Source: the human T2T-CHM13v2.0 reference genome, Homo sapiens
Length of the DNA stretch: 64,000 bases
Assembly: GCF_009914755.1 (NCBI RefSeq)
Contig: NC_060946.1
Strand: one strand, 5' to 3'
Made by a program: the position numbers and the translations under genes. Positions 15,400 to 29,014 of this stretch are shown piece by piece. Under the pieces are notes generated by a model, which was not told the origin of the DNA, searched no databases, and saw nothing but the letters and a program-made list of their open reading frames with translations. Numbering within the stretch: position 1 is the stretch's first letter; the number at the start of each line of letters is the position of its first letter.

Positions 15400-16749
15400 T
15401 AAGTGATGTTTCACAAAGCAAATCAGACCAGGCCACTTGTGTGTTCAGTGGCTTTCCATCTTACTCAGCATGAAGTCTGATTGTTTTTACCAGGACTACA
15501 CTACAAGGTTCTGCACACTCCACCTGCCATCTCCTCTTCACTCACTCTGCTCCAGGTTCAGCCGTCTCCTTGCTGTGATTTAAACTCAACCGCACATGTC
15601 CAGTCAGATCTTTTGCTCTCTGCCCTGTCTTCCTTCGCTTGCACAGAAGTGTTTGGTCCCCACAGCTTGTTTCCCTTGGTCTGCAGATGTAGGGATTATG
15701 CATCCACAGATGCTTCCAGCAAGCGTTTTCCAGCCCTGAATGCCCCCTACCTCCACCTGTTGGAGCCAGCTGTGCTTCCTAGTCAAGGACAGAGGGTCTG
15801 TCTCCTCTTGAGTCTCTGGGGCTCATCCAGTCAGTTCCCAAGCTGGGTTCCTCAGCAGCTTTCACGACAGAAAGGGGTCATGCCCCACCCTGGGACTTCT
15901 AGGAGAGATGGAGACAGCATTCTGTTGAGGGACAGATGTTACACAGGGAGACCATACTCTTTTGTATGGGTTTCATACAGGTTATGAAGAAAAACCAAGT
16001 AAGGAGTCAGCTAGAAAGGGACAGGCATTCTCTGTAGCCAGAAGATTAGGCAAGACGTTTCGGAGGAGGTAAGGCTTCATCAGGGACAAGTGAGTGGGTA
16101 ATGAAGCATGTGGCCAGAATATTCCAGGCAGAAGAAACCAGTGCAAAGGCCCTGTGGCAGCAGGGTCACGGGGAGTGTAAGACCTGGGAAGAGTGCACAG
16201 TGGTAGGAGAGGAAGGTAGACAGAAAGGGAGGCTGGCAGATCCCAGACCATGCACGCCTTTGAGGCCACGATCAAGAATTGCTTTGGATTCTGGGAATAA
16301 AACATTAAAGAGTCTTAAGCAGGGAGTGACACAATCGGGTTTGGTTTTGACAAGATCCCTCCTGGTTGAAAAAGGGACTGGGGAAGAGAAAGTATAGATC
16401 TCAGTTTAGAGACAACGGCCATTCAAGAGTGGCTTGGATGGGACAGATAGAGAGATGGAAGGCTGGAGAGTGGGCAGTAAGTTGCAGATATGGGAGAGGG
16501 AAGAAGACGCATGTCCAGCTTGTTTCCAGCCCCTCCCACGGAATCAAGGGAAATTGTTTTAGGATGAAATCCCAAACAGTCCTGTTTTCCCAACCAGTTT
16601 GTAGTATCTAGGAAACTTGGGCTATTAGAGATGCCCTAGGAAAAAATATATTTCTAAATGTAAGAAGATGCAGAGAAATTCCTGGTTGACAGATTGCCAG
16701 CAGGTCCTAAGGGAAATTCCTAGCACTCAGATGGGGATGTGGGCTGCTT

Positions 16750-16921
16750 TTAGGGACAGCAAAAATAGCACACTATGGTGGAAAATATCTGTTTTTACTC
16801 TTAGATGTCTGCTTGGAACGTCACAGCATCTGTGGGGTAGGGGGGAGCATTATCATCCCTGTTTTCAAGATAAGGAGAATCCGAGAAGTTGGTGATTTTA
16901 CCAGGTCCACACGACTCACTG
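16750..16921 (+). repeat. Local direct duplication, copy 1 (donor-like; unique sequence plus MIR piece)
   Basis: Matches 18405-18575 with about 11 differences in ~170 bp by manual alignment. Confidence 0.95.
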
Positions 16922-17980
16922 TCACTATTGGGGTGAGGATCTGGGTCCCCTGGATAATTACATCATGCTTTCTACTGTGTCTGGTTCCAAGGGATTCTGG
17001 GTCAGGGTTGCCTCATCTGTAAAATGGGGATAATTCCCACACCTGCCTCCAGGGGGTGCTGTGAATTTTAAATGCAACAGGCACCTGGACAAGGCTTTGC
17101 CTCTGTGCACTCTAGGGGCAGTTCCTGGGCTATTGTGGGCTCCATCACAATGGCCACCCTGGTGTTCCTTCTCTAGTCCTTTGAATGAGCTGCTCCCTCC
17201 TCCCCTCCCAGGGCTGCTTCCTTGTTCCTTCAGGTCTCTGTTTAGATGGCACTGCCTTAGAGAGCTTTCCCTGGCTACACCATTTAAGACAACCCTCTTG
17301 GTTATCATTCACCTCAGTTCTCTGTTCATCCCATCATTGCACTCATCATAACAAAGGCAAATGTGTCTATTCAAGGACTTGTTAATGATCTGTCGCAGGC
17401 TCCAGTGGGGCAGAGTTCACATCCCTGTTGATAATTGGGGCTAACCGTATGCAGTGCTTGTCATACAAGGGGGACCCTTCTACATACTTTACCTGGATGA
17501 ATTCTCCTATCTCTGATGACAATCCTATCATTCCCATTTTACAGATGGCACATAGAGCGACAGCAAGCATCTTTCCCAAGTTCACACAGTCGGCAAGTGC
17601 TCACACTGATATTTGAACCCAGACCATGCCTGGCTCAGAGTAGAAACTCAATAAATATTTGTTGCAAGAATGAAGGGTTGGGTTTTGTTGGAAAAAGGCC
17701 TGATTGTGGACTGATTGGCTGACTGTCAAGCCTCGCAGTGCATCGAGCATCAGCGCTACGAAGTAAGCTGCGTAAGTGATCCTTCTGGCTCCCAGGCTGC
17801 AGGCAGGTCTTGCCTCTAGCTTTCAAACAGAAGGGAGCATGCATCATTTGCTGGGCCAAATTAGGACTTTCGTCTTCCTTGTGTACTTTTGCATTCATGG
17901 GCCCTTCTCACCATTAAAAACAAATTAAAAATACATTTTAGAACTGTGCTGGTATAAAGAGGAATACGCTGCAGGTTGTA

Positions 17981-18361
<381 letters not shown>

Positions 18362-18404
18362 GCCTCACTTCTTTTAAAATTAAAAGCAAAAATTGACTAT
18401 AACA

Positions 18405-18575
18405 TTAGGGACAGAAAAATAGCACACTATGGTGGAAAATATCTGTTTTTACTCTTAGAGATCTGCTTGGAACGTCGCAGCATCTGTGGGGTAGGGAGGA
18501 GGATTATCACCCCTGTTTTCAAGATAAGGAGAATCGGAGAAGTTGGTGACTTTACCAAGTCCACACGGCTCACTG
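18405..18575 (+). repeat. Local direct duplication, copy 2
   Basis: Matches 16750-16921. Confidence 0.95.
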
Positions 18576-18730
18576 GCAGTGAGTGACTCATGCCTATAAT
18601 TCAGTACTTTGGGAGGCCAAGGCGAGAAGATTGCTTGAGGCCAGCAGTTTGAGACCAGCCTGGGCAAGATGAGTGAGACCTCCTCTTTACAAAAATAAAA
18701 TAAAACAAAAATAATAATAATTAAAAGAAA
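18576..18730 (+). mobile_element. Alu left monomer (FLAM/AluJ-like), 5' end altered
   Basis: 'gtgactcatgcctataattcagtactttgggaggccaagg...gagaccagcctgggcaa' plus A-rich tail. Confidence 0.88.
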
Positions 18731-19473
18731 CGAAAGCATTTTTGTGGGCCCCTAGGTGTATTGTGGTCCCTAGATACTCTGCCTACTGTGCCAAATGGAG
18801 AAGTTGGCCTTGATTGATTGAGCTCTCAGTCCTGTCCTGCGCTCAAAGCATCCATTGTTTCATTTAAACCACAGCAAACAGTCATAGAGGAATGATTATG
18901 CCCATTACAGAGATGGGAAAACTGAGGTTCAGAGAGGTTGGCCAGCTTACCAAGAGATCAGAGTGAGTCTGAGGCACAGCTTGTGTCTGTCTGACACTTT
19001 GCCACATTATCACAGAAAGTTCCAACCAGGGTACTCTTCAGCCATGCTGAGAATGAATGCTACATGGCAGTGACTTTGTCATGCCACCAAAAGAAACGCT
19101 GAATTGAAGCAGGGAGACCAGAGAGATCTGGCTGACTTGATGACCTCATGCCTGAATTATGGCCCTAGAGTGGTGGCCAGGGGTGGGGACAGAAAAAGAG
19201 CCAGCTCCTGGCCTTTGATTTCAACTTCTGGGCAAAGCTGGTGGCCCCTGGCTCCATGGGATAGAGATTAGGGCTATTTATGGCCTGGGAATTGCTAGTC
19301 TCAGCTCAGCATACAGGTGGCAGGTGATAAGGTGTCTGCTCAGTAATAAGCTCAGTGGGAAGTTAATAAACACCATTCTGTTCAGAGATGCAATTGCAGA
19401 TTCAAGCAGGAAGTAAGAGGAATAGCTAAGGGGCCCTGGGGGTGGCAGCACCACCTGAGTTGAGAAGCAGCTG

Positions 19474-19554
19474 CCCTAAGGAGTTCCTTCCACACCCCTG
19501 CAATATCAGGGGAACCCTGAGGAGTTCCTTCCATGCCCATGCAGTGTCAGGGGA
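19474..19554. repeat. Two-copy 41-bp tandem duplication
   Basis: ccctaaggagttccttccacacccctgcaatatcagggga / ccctgaggagttccttccatgcccatgcagtgtcagggga. Confidence 0.9.
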
Positions 19555-20259
19555 GTCGTGAAGTCAGTCAGTCCCAGGCTCTTACGATGGCTCAGCTGCT
19601 TCCTGATGCGTGACCTTGGGTGAGTCCTTTTTCCTGTGCCCACCTTGGCTGCCTCCTGTGTTAAACAGAGATAATGAGAATTAAAATAATGGTAACAGCC
19701 CCAACTTTATTACCATGCTACAAATGCGTAAGCCTGCCGTCCTGTCTAAGACCAACACATGGGACTGCTATACATGGTTCTTCTCAAATCCATTGTTTTC
19801 TTTTCTGGTGTAAGTGAAGAATTGAAGGCTTATGGGGTCGGTCTACAGACCGTTATTGAGTTCCTACAGAATACCCGGTTCTGGGCTTGGCGCTGGATCA
19901 GTCAGGCCCTGTTGGGTCTTGCACTCAAATGACAAACGTACAAGGCTTACACCGTGTGTCAGATGGCAATGGTGAAGCAGCATCAGGGAGTTGGGGAGGA
20001 GAGGTGGACTGCTTTTTTTATTGGAGGGAGGTCAAGAAGGATGCCTGAATAAGGTAACATTTGAGCAGAGTCCTAAAGACAGTGAGGGGACAAATCATCA
20101 GACTAGCAGGGGAAAAAGAACTCCAGGTGGGGGGAACAGCAACGGCAAAGGCTGTGAGGTAGAAACGCAATAACGTGTTTGAGGAATAAGGAGGCCAGGG
20201 TGGCTGGAATGGAGGTTAGCAAGGGAATGAGGGTAGGGGGCAGGTTCTGCGGGGCTTTT

Positions 20260-20590
20260 GTTAGGATTTCTCTTGGAGGAAAGGCTTATTACCACAGTGA
20301 CTGAGAGTGCTGCCATTAGCCTATGACCCTCAGCTGTCAGCTTGTTCAGAGGTGGCTTAGCTGCAGATGGCTGGCTTCCCACATCCGATGACTGACCACA
20401 GTAGGGATATGAGGGTCTGACCATTTCTGCCCAATGCTGTCCAACTCTGATGGGCCATTCCAGTTCCAAGGCTCCCTGCGGGACTGATGGAGGCTGTTCA
20501 TGGGACTGTATCCCTCCCTGGCTTCTCCCTCTGCCCAGTTCTCATGCCTTTCCTTCCTTTCCACTGGTATTGATCCCAAGGGTACATGCT
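20260..20590 (+). mobile_element. LTR16-like ERVL LTR
   Basis: 'ccctcagctgtcagc', 'ccatttctgcccaa', 'cttctccctctgccca...gatcccaagg'. Confidence 0.75.
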
Positions 20591-20651
20591 TAGTGCCATC
20601 TCAGGACTCAGTTTCTCCATTTAGTGTGATTGAACTACGTGCATTTGCCAG

Positions 20652-20788
20652 CCCTGTAGTCCCAGCTACTAAAGAGGATTGCTTGAGCCCAGGAGTTCGA
20701 GGCTGGAATGAGCTATGATTGCACCACTGGACTCCAGCCTGGGCAACATAGCAAGACTCCGTCTCTCTAAAAAAAGAAAAAAAAAAAA
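20652..20788 (+). mobile_element. Alu right-arm fragment (AluJ/FRAM-like)
   Basis: 'cctgtagtcccagctact...gattgcttgagcccaggagttcgaggctg' plus A tail. Confidence 0.9.
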
Positions 20789-21111
20789 GGTATAAATTGA
20801 ACTGATGACCCCAAGGGTTCTTTCATCCCAGATTGTGTAATATAAGGCCATTCTGGCTGGGATCAGGGAAGCCCTCCCTGTGCCCTTTTATTTCTAAAAT
20901 TCAACCTGCAAAAGCTTTGTAGGAAATTTTAAGGACGGGCTTTTAGTAAGATGGGGACACATTGAAGGGTCGTGGCCAGAGGGGAATGTGATCTGATCTG
21001 TCTTTTGAAAGGCCACTCTGGCTGCCGTGTGGAGAAGCAGGATTACCGTGGACTCTGGAAGGCCAGGAGGAGGTTCTTACAATGGTTTCAGAACAAGAGG
21101 ACAAGTGTCTT

Positions 21112-21234
21112 TGTGTCCTTGGACAAGCCACTTCCCCGTATCTGAGACTCAGTTTCTCCATTTAGCAAATGGAACGATGGCCTCAACATGCTGAATTGTT
21201 TGATAAAGACCATTCTGGGGGTCAGAGGGCCCTC
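21112..21234 (+). repeat. Inverted duplication, left arm
   Basis: Reverse complement of 22297-22421, ~80% identical by eye, including non-MIR sequence. Confidence 0.85.
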
Positions 21235-21659
21235 CTGATCTCACAGCTAGAAATGCAATGACTATGTCTGCTATCACCACTGTTACTACTGAGAACATGT
21301 CTCGATGAAAGCAATTCTGGAAAATAGGGGAGCAAAAGACCCTCTGTTTGATACTTTGAGGGGTCTTCTGTGGCATAATCTTCCCAGGAAGATCACAGAT
21401 TTCCATTGCTGCTCTAATTTAACGGGATTCACTCTTTTTCTGTACCTCCTGTGTGCCAGGCCCAGAGCTAGGCACCAGGGATGCAGCTGTGAACAGACTT
21501 TGTCCTGTCCTCATGGAGTTTATAATTTGGTGGGGAAGACAGACAAGTCGATGGGAAACCACAACATGGTAAAAAGTGCCTGATAGCGAATGCACGAGCC
21601 CATGGATGTACAAAAGAAACACCTAAACAAATTTTAGAGGTGAAGCCCTGGAAGAAATA

Positions 21660-21975
21660 GAAGATCATACCACTGCATCCAGCCTGGGCAACAAAGCAAG
21701 ATCCTGTGAAAGACAGAAAGAAAGAAAAGAAAGAAAGAAAGAAAGACAGAAAGAAAGAAAGAAAGAAAGAGAGAGAAGGAAGGAAGGAAGGAAGGAAAGA
21801 AAGAAAGAAGGAAAGAAGGAAAGAAAGAAAGAAGAAAGAAAGAAAAGAAAGAAAGAAAAAGAAAGAAAAGAAAGAAGGAGAGAGAGAAAGAAGAGGAAGA
21901 AAGAAAGGAAGGAAGGAAGAAAGAAAGAAAGAAAGAAAGAAAAGAAAGAAAGAAAGAGAAAGACAGACACAGAAC
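21660..21975 (+). repeat. Alu 3' remnant followed by ~260 bp polypurine (GAAA/GGAA) tract
   Basis: 'ccactgcatccagcctgggcaacaaagcaaga' then almost pure A/G. Confidence 0.95.
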
Positions 21976-22296
21976 AATAAGTAAAAATTAGCAAGAGAGA
22001 ATGGGTGGAAGGAAAAGGAGTCCCCGGCAGAGGAAACAGCCTGGGCAAAGGCCCGGAGGTGACAGAGATCAGGATTGTTCTAAAAGTTCAAGTGTTTCGA
22101 AGTGGTGGGGCACAGAGTGTGAGAGATGGAGTCAGAGATGGAAGCTGCAGGGGATGGCAGGGCTTGCATCAGGAAAGGCTTGGCTTAAGAGTTAAGACCT
22201 TATTGGCTTAGTCGTGTTTCCTCATTCAATGCTGCAGCTGCTCATGTAATCAATTTGTGGCACCAGTTCTGGTTCGCATGGCTAAAAAGACACCCA

Positions 22297-22421
22297 GAGG
22301 CCCCTCTGATCCCAAGAATGGTCTTTATCACACAATCCAAATATGTTGAGGCCATTCATTCCATTTTCTAAATGGAGAAACTGAGGCCCGGGCAATGAGA
22401 AGTGGCTCGTTCAAGGACACA
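22297..22421 (-). repeat. Inverted duplication, right arm
   Basis: Pairs with 21112-21234. Confidence 0.85.
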
Positions 22422-22672
22422 CTGCAAAGCTGGGGTATAGTATTGGACTTGCACCCTTTTCTGCCTCATGCATCAAGGCTTTGTCCCTATAGCTGTGCCC
22501 TATCATTTGAGCAAGCAGCTAAAACTCAGGTAAAGCCCCCAGCATAAGACTGGCATGTAGTCGGTGCTCAGTCAATATCAGTTCTCTTCTTTCTTTCCAC
22601 AAACCCTAGCTCTGCCACCACTCCTTGGCTGTGCAGACTTTGGGCAAGTTGTACCTCCTGGACCTCCTCTTC

Positions 22673-22976
22673 CTTTTTTTTTTTTTTTTTTTTTTTGAGA
22701 CGGAGTCTCACTCTGTTGACCAGGGTGGAGTACAATGGAGCCATCTCGGCTCACTGCAACCTCCCCTTCCCAGGTTCCAGTGATTCTCCTGCCTCAGCCT
22801 CCTGAGTAGCTGGGATTACAGGCATGTGCCACCATGCCCGGCTAATTTTTGTACTTTTAGTACACACAGGGTTTCAGCATGTTGGCCAGGCTGGTCTTGA
22901 ACTCCTGACCTCATGATCCGCCTGCCTCGGCCTCCCAAAGTGTTGGGATTACAGGCGTGAGCCACCGAACCCGGCC
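22673..22976 (-). mobile_element. AluS (Sg-like)
   Basis: Full antisense dimer; TSD ggacctcctcttc (22660-22672, 22977-22989). Confidence 0.97.
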
Positions 22977-24799
22977 GGACCTCCTCTTCTTTGCAGGAAG
23001 GGTAGGACAAGAAGCCTCTGGGAACTTCTAAGAATTGAAAGGGGAAGATATCTATTCAGGTGCTAGGATAGTCACACGATTCCTTTTGTTAAGATTTCTA
23101 CTCTCCAGGGCAGCCTGGGACATTTTGCTTTGCCCAATGCCCTGCAGTGCAAATTGCAAACAAGAGCAGGGGGCCAAAAGGGAGAATGCACAAAAAGCCA
23201 AAGTGGTCCCACAGTGTGTGTTTGCATTTGGGTTTTGTCCCTGCAGGAGTCGTTTTCCAAGCCGGCAGCTGCCTGTCTCCTTTGAAGAGTCTTGGAAGCA
23301 GCCACCATCCATCATTCGCTTGGCATGACTGTTAAGTATCAGCGCTCAGGGCTGAGGGCTGCGGGAAGGGGCTCCCAGTGGGGTCAGCTCAGGGCCAGAG
23401 AATTAGGAGGCAATCAAAATGGAGGGATTGAGCAAACCAGTTAACACGCAGGCTGTGAGTGAGGTGGCACTCGGTCTGATCCCCAGGTAGTGGGCACTTG
23501 CAGCTTGGCTGCCTTATGAATGTTCTAGGGGCTTGGTAGCATATTCTTCTTCTTCCCTTGTGGAAATGGTCCTCCCCTATACTCTGCACCCCTTCCCAGC
23601 CTCAGGGTTGGGCCTGGCCTGGACAACCAGCACTTTGCAATCCTTCTGTCCATACAGAACAGGGAGGATGGTTATATGGTCTTCAGTTGGTCCAATAAGA
23701 CTTGGGATTCTGCTGTGGTTGCTGAATTGGTTTGAAGAACACCTAGAGTTAGTTGCTTATGGTCATCTTACCTGCATGAGGGGAAAGTCTTCATGAAAAT
23801 AAAGCTATCACAAAAGAAAGATACCAAGAGATGGAGAAAGACAGATTCCTGAGAACCTAGATCCAGCCATACCTGATGCTGTTCCCTTATACGTTTTTTT
23901 TTTCTTTTTGCTCTTCTGCAGACAGTGACTGAACCCTTAGACTTTTTCTGCTATTTCAGCCTATAAGCTCCTTTTATTGGCTTAAGGTGGTTTTTTTGAA
24001 TTGGACTTATATCAAGAGTTGCCAAGAGTCCTTACTATTACACTCATTAGGCATGTAATTTCTCCTCCCTGGACCTTTCTTATCTGTAAAATGGGAATGA
24101 CAAAAACATAGATCTATTATGTAGCTTAAATAAAATAACACAAATAAAGCACTTATCAGTGTTTGGCTAGAATACATGCTCAATTCAGCTGCGATTAATC
24201 CACACTCATCCTTCAAGTTTCAAAAAGTTCTTTCTCCTTCACTTGTTCTCGTATAAACGGTTCCTGTGAAGTTTAAATGAGGTATCATGAGGGCAAAATG
24301 CCTGCCATGTAGTCTGGCACATTTATAATGTAGCTGTTAAATGGTTTTCTGATTAGAAAGTTATGGAAGCCCAGGTAAGGGAGGACTGCAGGGCCAAGAA
24401 TGGAAGGCAGGGAGAGGTGGTTTGAGTAGTATGACTGTCCACTCTGTGGAATGGTGGTGAGGCTATCTCAACTGGCAGCTCAGCACTTAGCACAGTGCTG
24501 GAGCCACTGGCATGAGTGAATGTGTGTCCACATGAGAGAACCAATGAATAGTTCAACCACAGCCAGGACTTTGACTTGATCTCGTAGGGAGCTGTGCAAG
24601 TTCCCAAACTGGGCGCTGACAAAAAAGCATCCTTTACAAAGGACCCCTCTGTAGCCTACAGGGGCTGGAGAGGAGGTGGGGAATCTGGAGCTGAGTGTGC
24701 AAGAGTTGCCTGGGGTTGGGGTTGAGATGGAAACATCAGGGGCATGGATGAAAACGAGAGATCTGATGTAGAGAGCTCTGACCACACTTGACACAAGAC

Positions 24800-24980
24800 C
24801 ATGTGCATGTGAGTGTGTGTGTGTGGGGTCTTGCTGGTGAGCTTATGTGTGTGGAGTGTGCAAGTGTGTTTGAGTGTGTCGATGAGTGGGTGGAGATAGG
24901 TAAGTTCAGTGTGTGGGTGTGTGTGAGGAAGAGAGTGTGAGTTCCATGTAAGTGTATCTGAGTGTGTATGTGTGCACACT
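24800..24980. repeat. Degenerate TG-rich simple repeat
   Basis: Interrupted gtgtgt/gagtgt runs. Confidence 0.85.
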
Positions 24981-27900
24981 GGGTTTGCTGGAAGCACTGG
25001 TTAGACGGCTCTTTCTTGTGCGGAGCTCTGGCCACACGCCAAATGGTAATCATCAGCTTTCTTTGCCGGTCTTCCTTGAAGGTAGAAGTTGGGTCTGGTG
25101 AAACTCTGTCTCCGTAGACCCTGGCATGCTGCTTCATACATATATGTGGAATGAAGGGGTGAAAGCGTGGGAGAAAAGGGCTTCTGGCCCCTGCTCCAAG
25201 GAGCTCCCACAATGAACATGGGCATTTCGATGGAAGGGACGTCTACACTGCACTGCTCTATAAGAAACTCTGCACAACAATCAAACTTAATGCTTGCAAC
25301 GAGGCTAAGCAGATCTATATCTGTAGATCATGATCTATACTAATAACACTCCTTCTATTTAAAAAACTATATTCTGATTACAAATGCAATACATGCTCAT
25401 TGCAGTAAATTGGGAAATTTAAAAAAAAAGAAGAAAAGAAAACTCATCCATAATTCCATCCCCTGGAGATAATTACTATTCTAATTTTTATGTATATCCT
25501 TCCAGAGTCTTTTAGAACACATGCACACGTATATTACTTTCTTCTTTTTTTGTTTCAGTAGGGCTCATGTGGCAATATCATTTTTAAACTCACCCAATAA
25601 CTCTTGAATCCCTACACTGTAAAATATCCCTTGTTAATATTATTTTGACTGGCTGTGTTAGATTTCATGATTTTCAAAAATGCATTTCTGTATTTTTGCC
25701 ATTTTGGCCTCTTCTTTACAATTTTCAGCCATTCTAAATGATGTTCCTGGAATGCACTGTTTTCATTTCTTTCTGGGCCTTTACATGGACTTTTCCAAGT
25801 GGGCTCCTTTTCCCACCCTTCCTTGGGCTCATTCGAGTTCTTTGAGGTCCCAGCCTAGATGTGCCTCCTCCAGGAAGTCTTCCCTGATGCATCCATGGTG
25901 GATCAGATGCCCCCTCCTTTCTGTGGCGTGTTCTCCTTCTCTCATCACGACGTGTGAAATGGATGCACATAGACGGCTTACTCCATCCAGGCTGGACTAG
26001 GAGTTCCAAGGAGCCCAGGGTCCCATCTTACTCATGGCAGTACAGTGCAGCACAAGTAGGCCATGAATAAGTATTGGAGAGATGTGGAATAAACACTATG
26101 ACATATGTTTCTACACAGCTACCTGGAATCATCATGAGGAAATACTGGCACCCGCATGTGATACTTGAGCTGAAATGTGATACTTGGGCTTAGCATCCAG
26201 TTTCATCTGATTCCAAAGGATTGTTTCCGCTTTGCCATACCTTCTCCATCCCAGCGCCTCGGCTTGTTTTTCCCATTCCTTCCCCCCAGGCTCTCAGCTT
26301 CTGGGACAGGCCAGGGGCAGAGGAAAAGGAGTCAGGGAGAGGCCTCTGCAACCTGGGAAGTAGAGGGCATCACCTGCTCTGGCAGGAGGCGAACTGGGAA
26401 GACTCCTGTGCTGACAGCATTTCCTGTTACTCTCCTCCGGGGGAGAAGTTGGCCTCCTTCCCTCTTGCTGGGGACTCACAAAATCCGATTTGAAATCTAC
26501 TCAAGTGTACATTAACCAACTTCCTCTTGGCACCGGCTGGGGAGCCTATAATTAGAGCAGACACCATACCATTTAGTGGGTTTCATTCACATGAAAAGAA
26601 AGTGTACTTGCAGAGGGAGATGGCTTCAGAAGCAAACTTCTGGGAACATTCTCCAGAGAATTTATGCTTGCAGTGTATCCAAAGGACCCACAGGCCAACT
26701 GCGTTTCTAAGTGCAGAGGTTATGGCCGGCTGGACTTGGGTGGGGTGGTGATACCCTGTCGTCCTGAAACACACAGGGCTTGGAATTGGGCACACTTGTA
26801 TTCAAATCCCTGCTCAAGACTCAGGTAAGCAATGCAACTTCTGTAAGGCAGTTTCCTGATCTGTGCATCTGGGACAGTATCCATTAGCAATCTCACAGGG
26901 TTATGTTGTCTAGGTGTAAATGAGATGGTGGAGATATAGATGTATATGCCAGAGAAGGTTCTCTATAATAACAATACTTACTACTACTGTGAAAACCACT
27001 ACCACTAACAAAATAACCAGTATGCATTGAGTACTTACTACATTCAACATCCAGTTCTAACACTTTGGATGCATGAACTAGGTTAGTTTCACAACAATTC
27101 CATATGGTAAATAATATTAATGTCTTCATTATACATTTGGGGAAAGTGAGTAACAAGGAAATTATGCCACTTGCACATGATCACAGGCTGATAGCTTTTT
27201 ACTAATATTTCAGGGGATGGAAGAAAACGTGATGGTATAAGACAGCATATGGGTTGACTCATGGAATGTATAAGCTCATCAATGCTAAGAATCACATTTT
27301 TCTTATTATGGTACTGGGACCCAGAAAAGGGAGAGAGTTCAAGATAAACTCTCATTTTTGGATGTACCTAATATAATCTAGGGGCTTTTACAGGGATGAT
27401 TTTATTTTGTTCTTGTCTCCTGGAGATTGCAGGTGTGAAAGAATAGATTCAGAGAGCAGCAGTGTATCTTGCACGAGGTCATGCAGAGCTGTGGTTACAA
27501 CCCTGGTCGGTCTAATTACAAGTTAATTACTCTTTTTACAATGTTGCAAGGTTGCCTGGGTGGATCAGGACTCTTTCAGATGCAGAGGCTAGTTTAAGGG
27601 AAGAAGAAAACTTGTTGGGTCATTAGTAGGCCTTCAGGCACGGCTGAATCCAAGCGCCTGAATAAAGTACACAGGCATTTATTCTCCAGCCTCTCTTTCC
27701 TCTGTGATGACTTCATCCTCAAGTGATTCCTCTCTTCATTGTGGCAAGACCTCTACTTGCTCTTTGGTATCTGGCTGACCACATCCCCCCTCCACCCAGT
27801 TTCATTATCTCACCCCAACCTAGAAGACTAGGTGATATAGTGTTCAGGGGCCAGCCTCCCAGGACCCAGAGCAGAACAGAGAATAAAGTAGAATAGACTT

Positions 27901-29014
27901 GGGGGTTGGGGAGGAAGAAGAATTACCAGCATCCTCCCCATCTCCCCACATCCAGGCTCCAGTCTCAGTTCCCTCTTTGGTGCTGCAGATTTCCTGCAGA
28001 AAATAAACTGGAGACTGCTTTGAAGTTCCATCTTCATCCTAGGGACTGAACAGTCTCCTTTATCCTCCCAGGCATTGGCTGGGTCCCCCTCCAACGACCC
28101 AATCAAGAAGAAGCCTGAAGGCACTCTCCATCTGACCCGGGATCCCTCTCTGTCAAAACCCACGATGGGTCAGGGCCCACTCATAGATGTCTGACTTTGG
28201 TTTCTCCTTTCTCCAGCTGCTGACTCAACCTCTTGACCAAGCCCATCCAATTTCCAGTGATTTCCTTGGGCTGTATTTCCTTTCTGCTTATACTCCAGTC
28301 TCTACCTCTTTTTCTGTCCAACCATCTCCGTTCCTCATTCCTGCCCCATCCTCACTTCCCTATTTCTTGTCCCACTAAACACCCCTATCTTGGTTCCTGC
28401 TCTTTGCAGACATGGCACTGGGGGACCAACCTTGCTCATTCCTTCTCTGCATCCTTGGCTTCTGCCTGAGCACCATTCACCCTCTGTGTGATTAAAGGCA
28501 AATTACCTTCCATGAGCCTCAGTCTACTCAGCTGCAGAAATGGGAATGATCCTCTTTCATCCAGTGGCTGTGTTGGGAGCCAGAGCTTGGCGATTGTATT
28601 TACAGTGACATGAGCACAATATGTGAGGAATTACCAGGAGGCTCCGGGCTGCCACGAGACTGGATTTGTACTGATATCGCCCATTACGAGGTGTCATGTT
28701 GCATTTGCAGGAGGTGGCTGTATGGAATTCCACTCTCTTGCACTGTATGAAATATTCACCTGCCTTCTCTGGAAGGGACGTGGGCTTCTTCTTCATTTCC
28801 TGACTGATCCACCTCAGAGGAAGCCAGGCTGCAGGCTGTCACTAATGCAAGGTGATGCCAGGATCCAATGTAGGGCCTTGGGGACTGGGACAGAGCAGTG
28901 AGGCTGGTGGGTGCTGCAGAATGGAAGAAGGGGATTTGAGGCCCTTAGGAACCCAGGGTCAATTAGAGCTTCTTACCTGCTCCCTATAGGAAAAGATGCA
29001 TGGCGTTGGATGGA

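Noticed and set aside
15481-15987. 168-aa ORF
   Set aside because: Non-ATG start, overlaps an L2 remnant, no recognisable domain or exon structure.
21468-22048. Long F/L/S-rich and K/E/R-rich ORFs
   Set aside because: Translations of the polypurine microsatellite; the same applies to 5780-6064 and 32971-33372.
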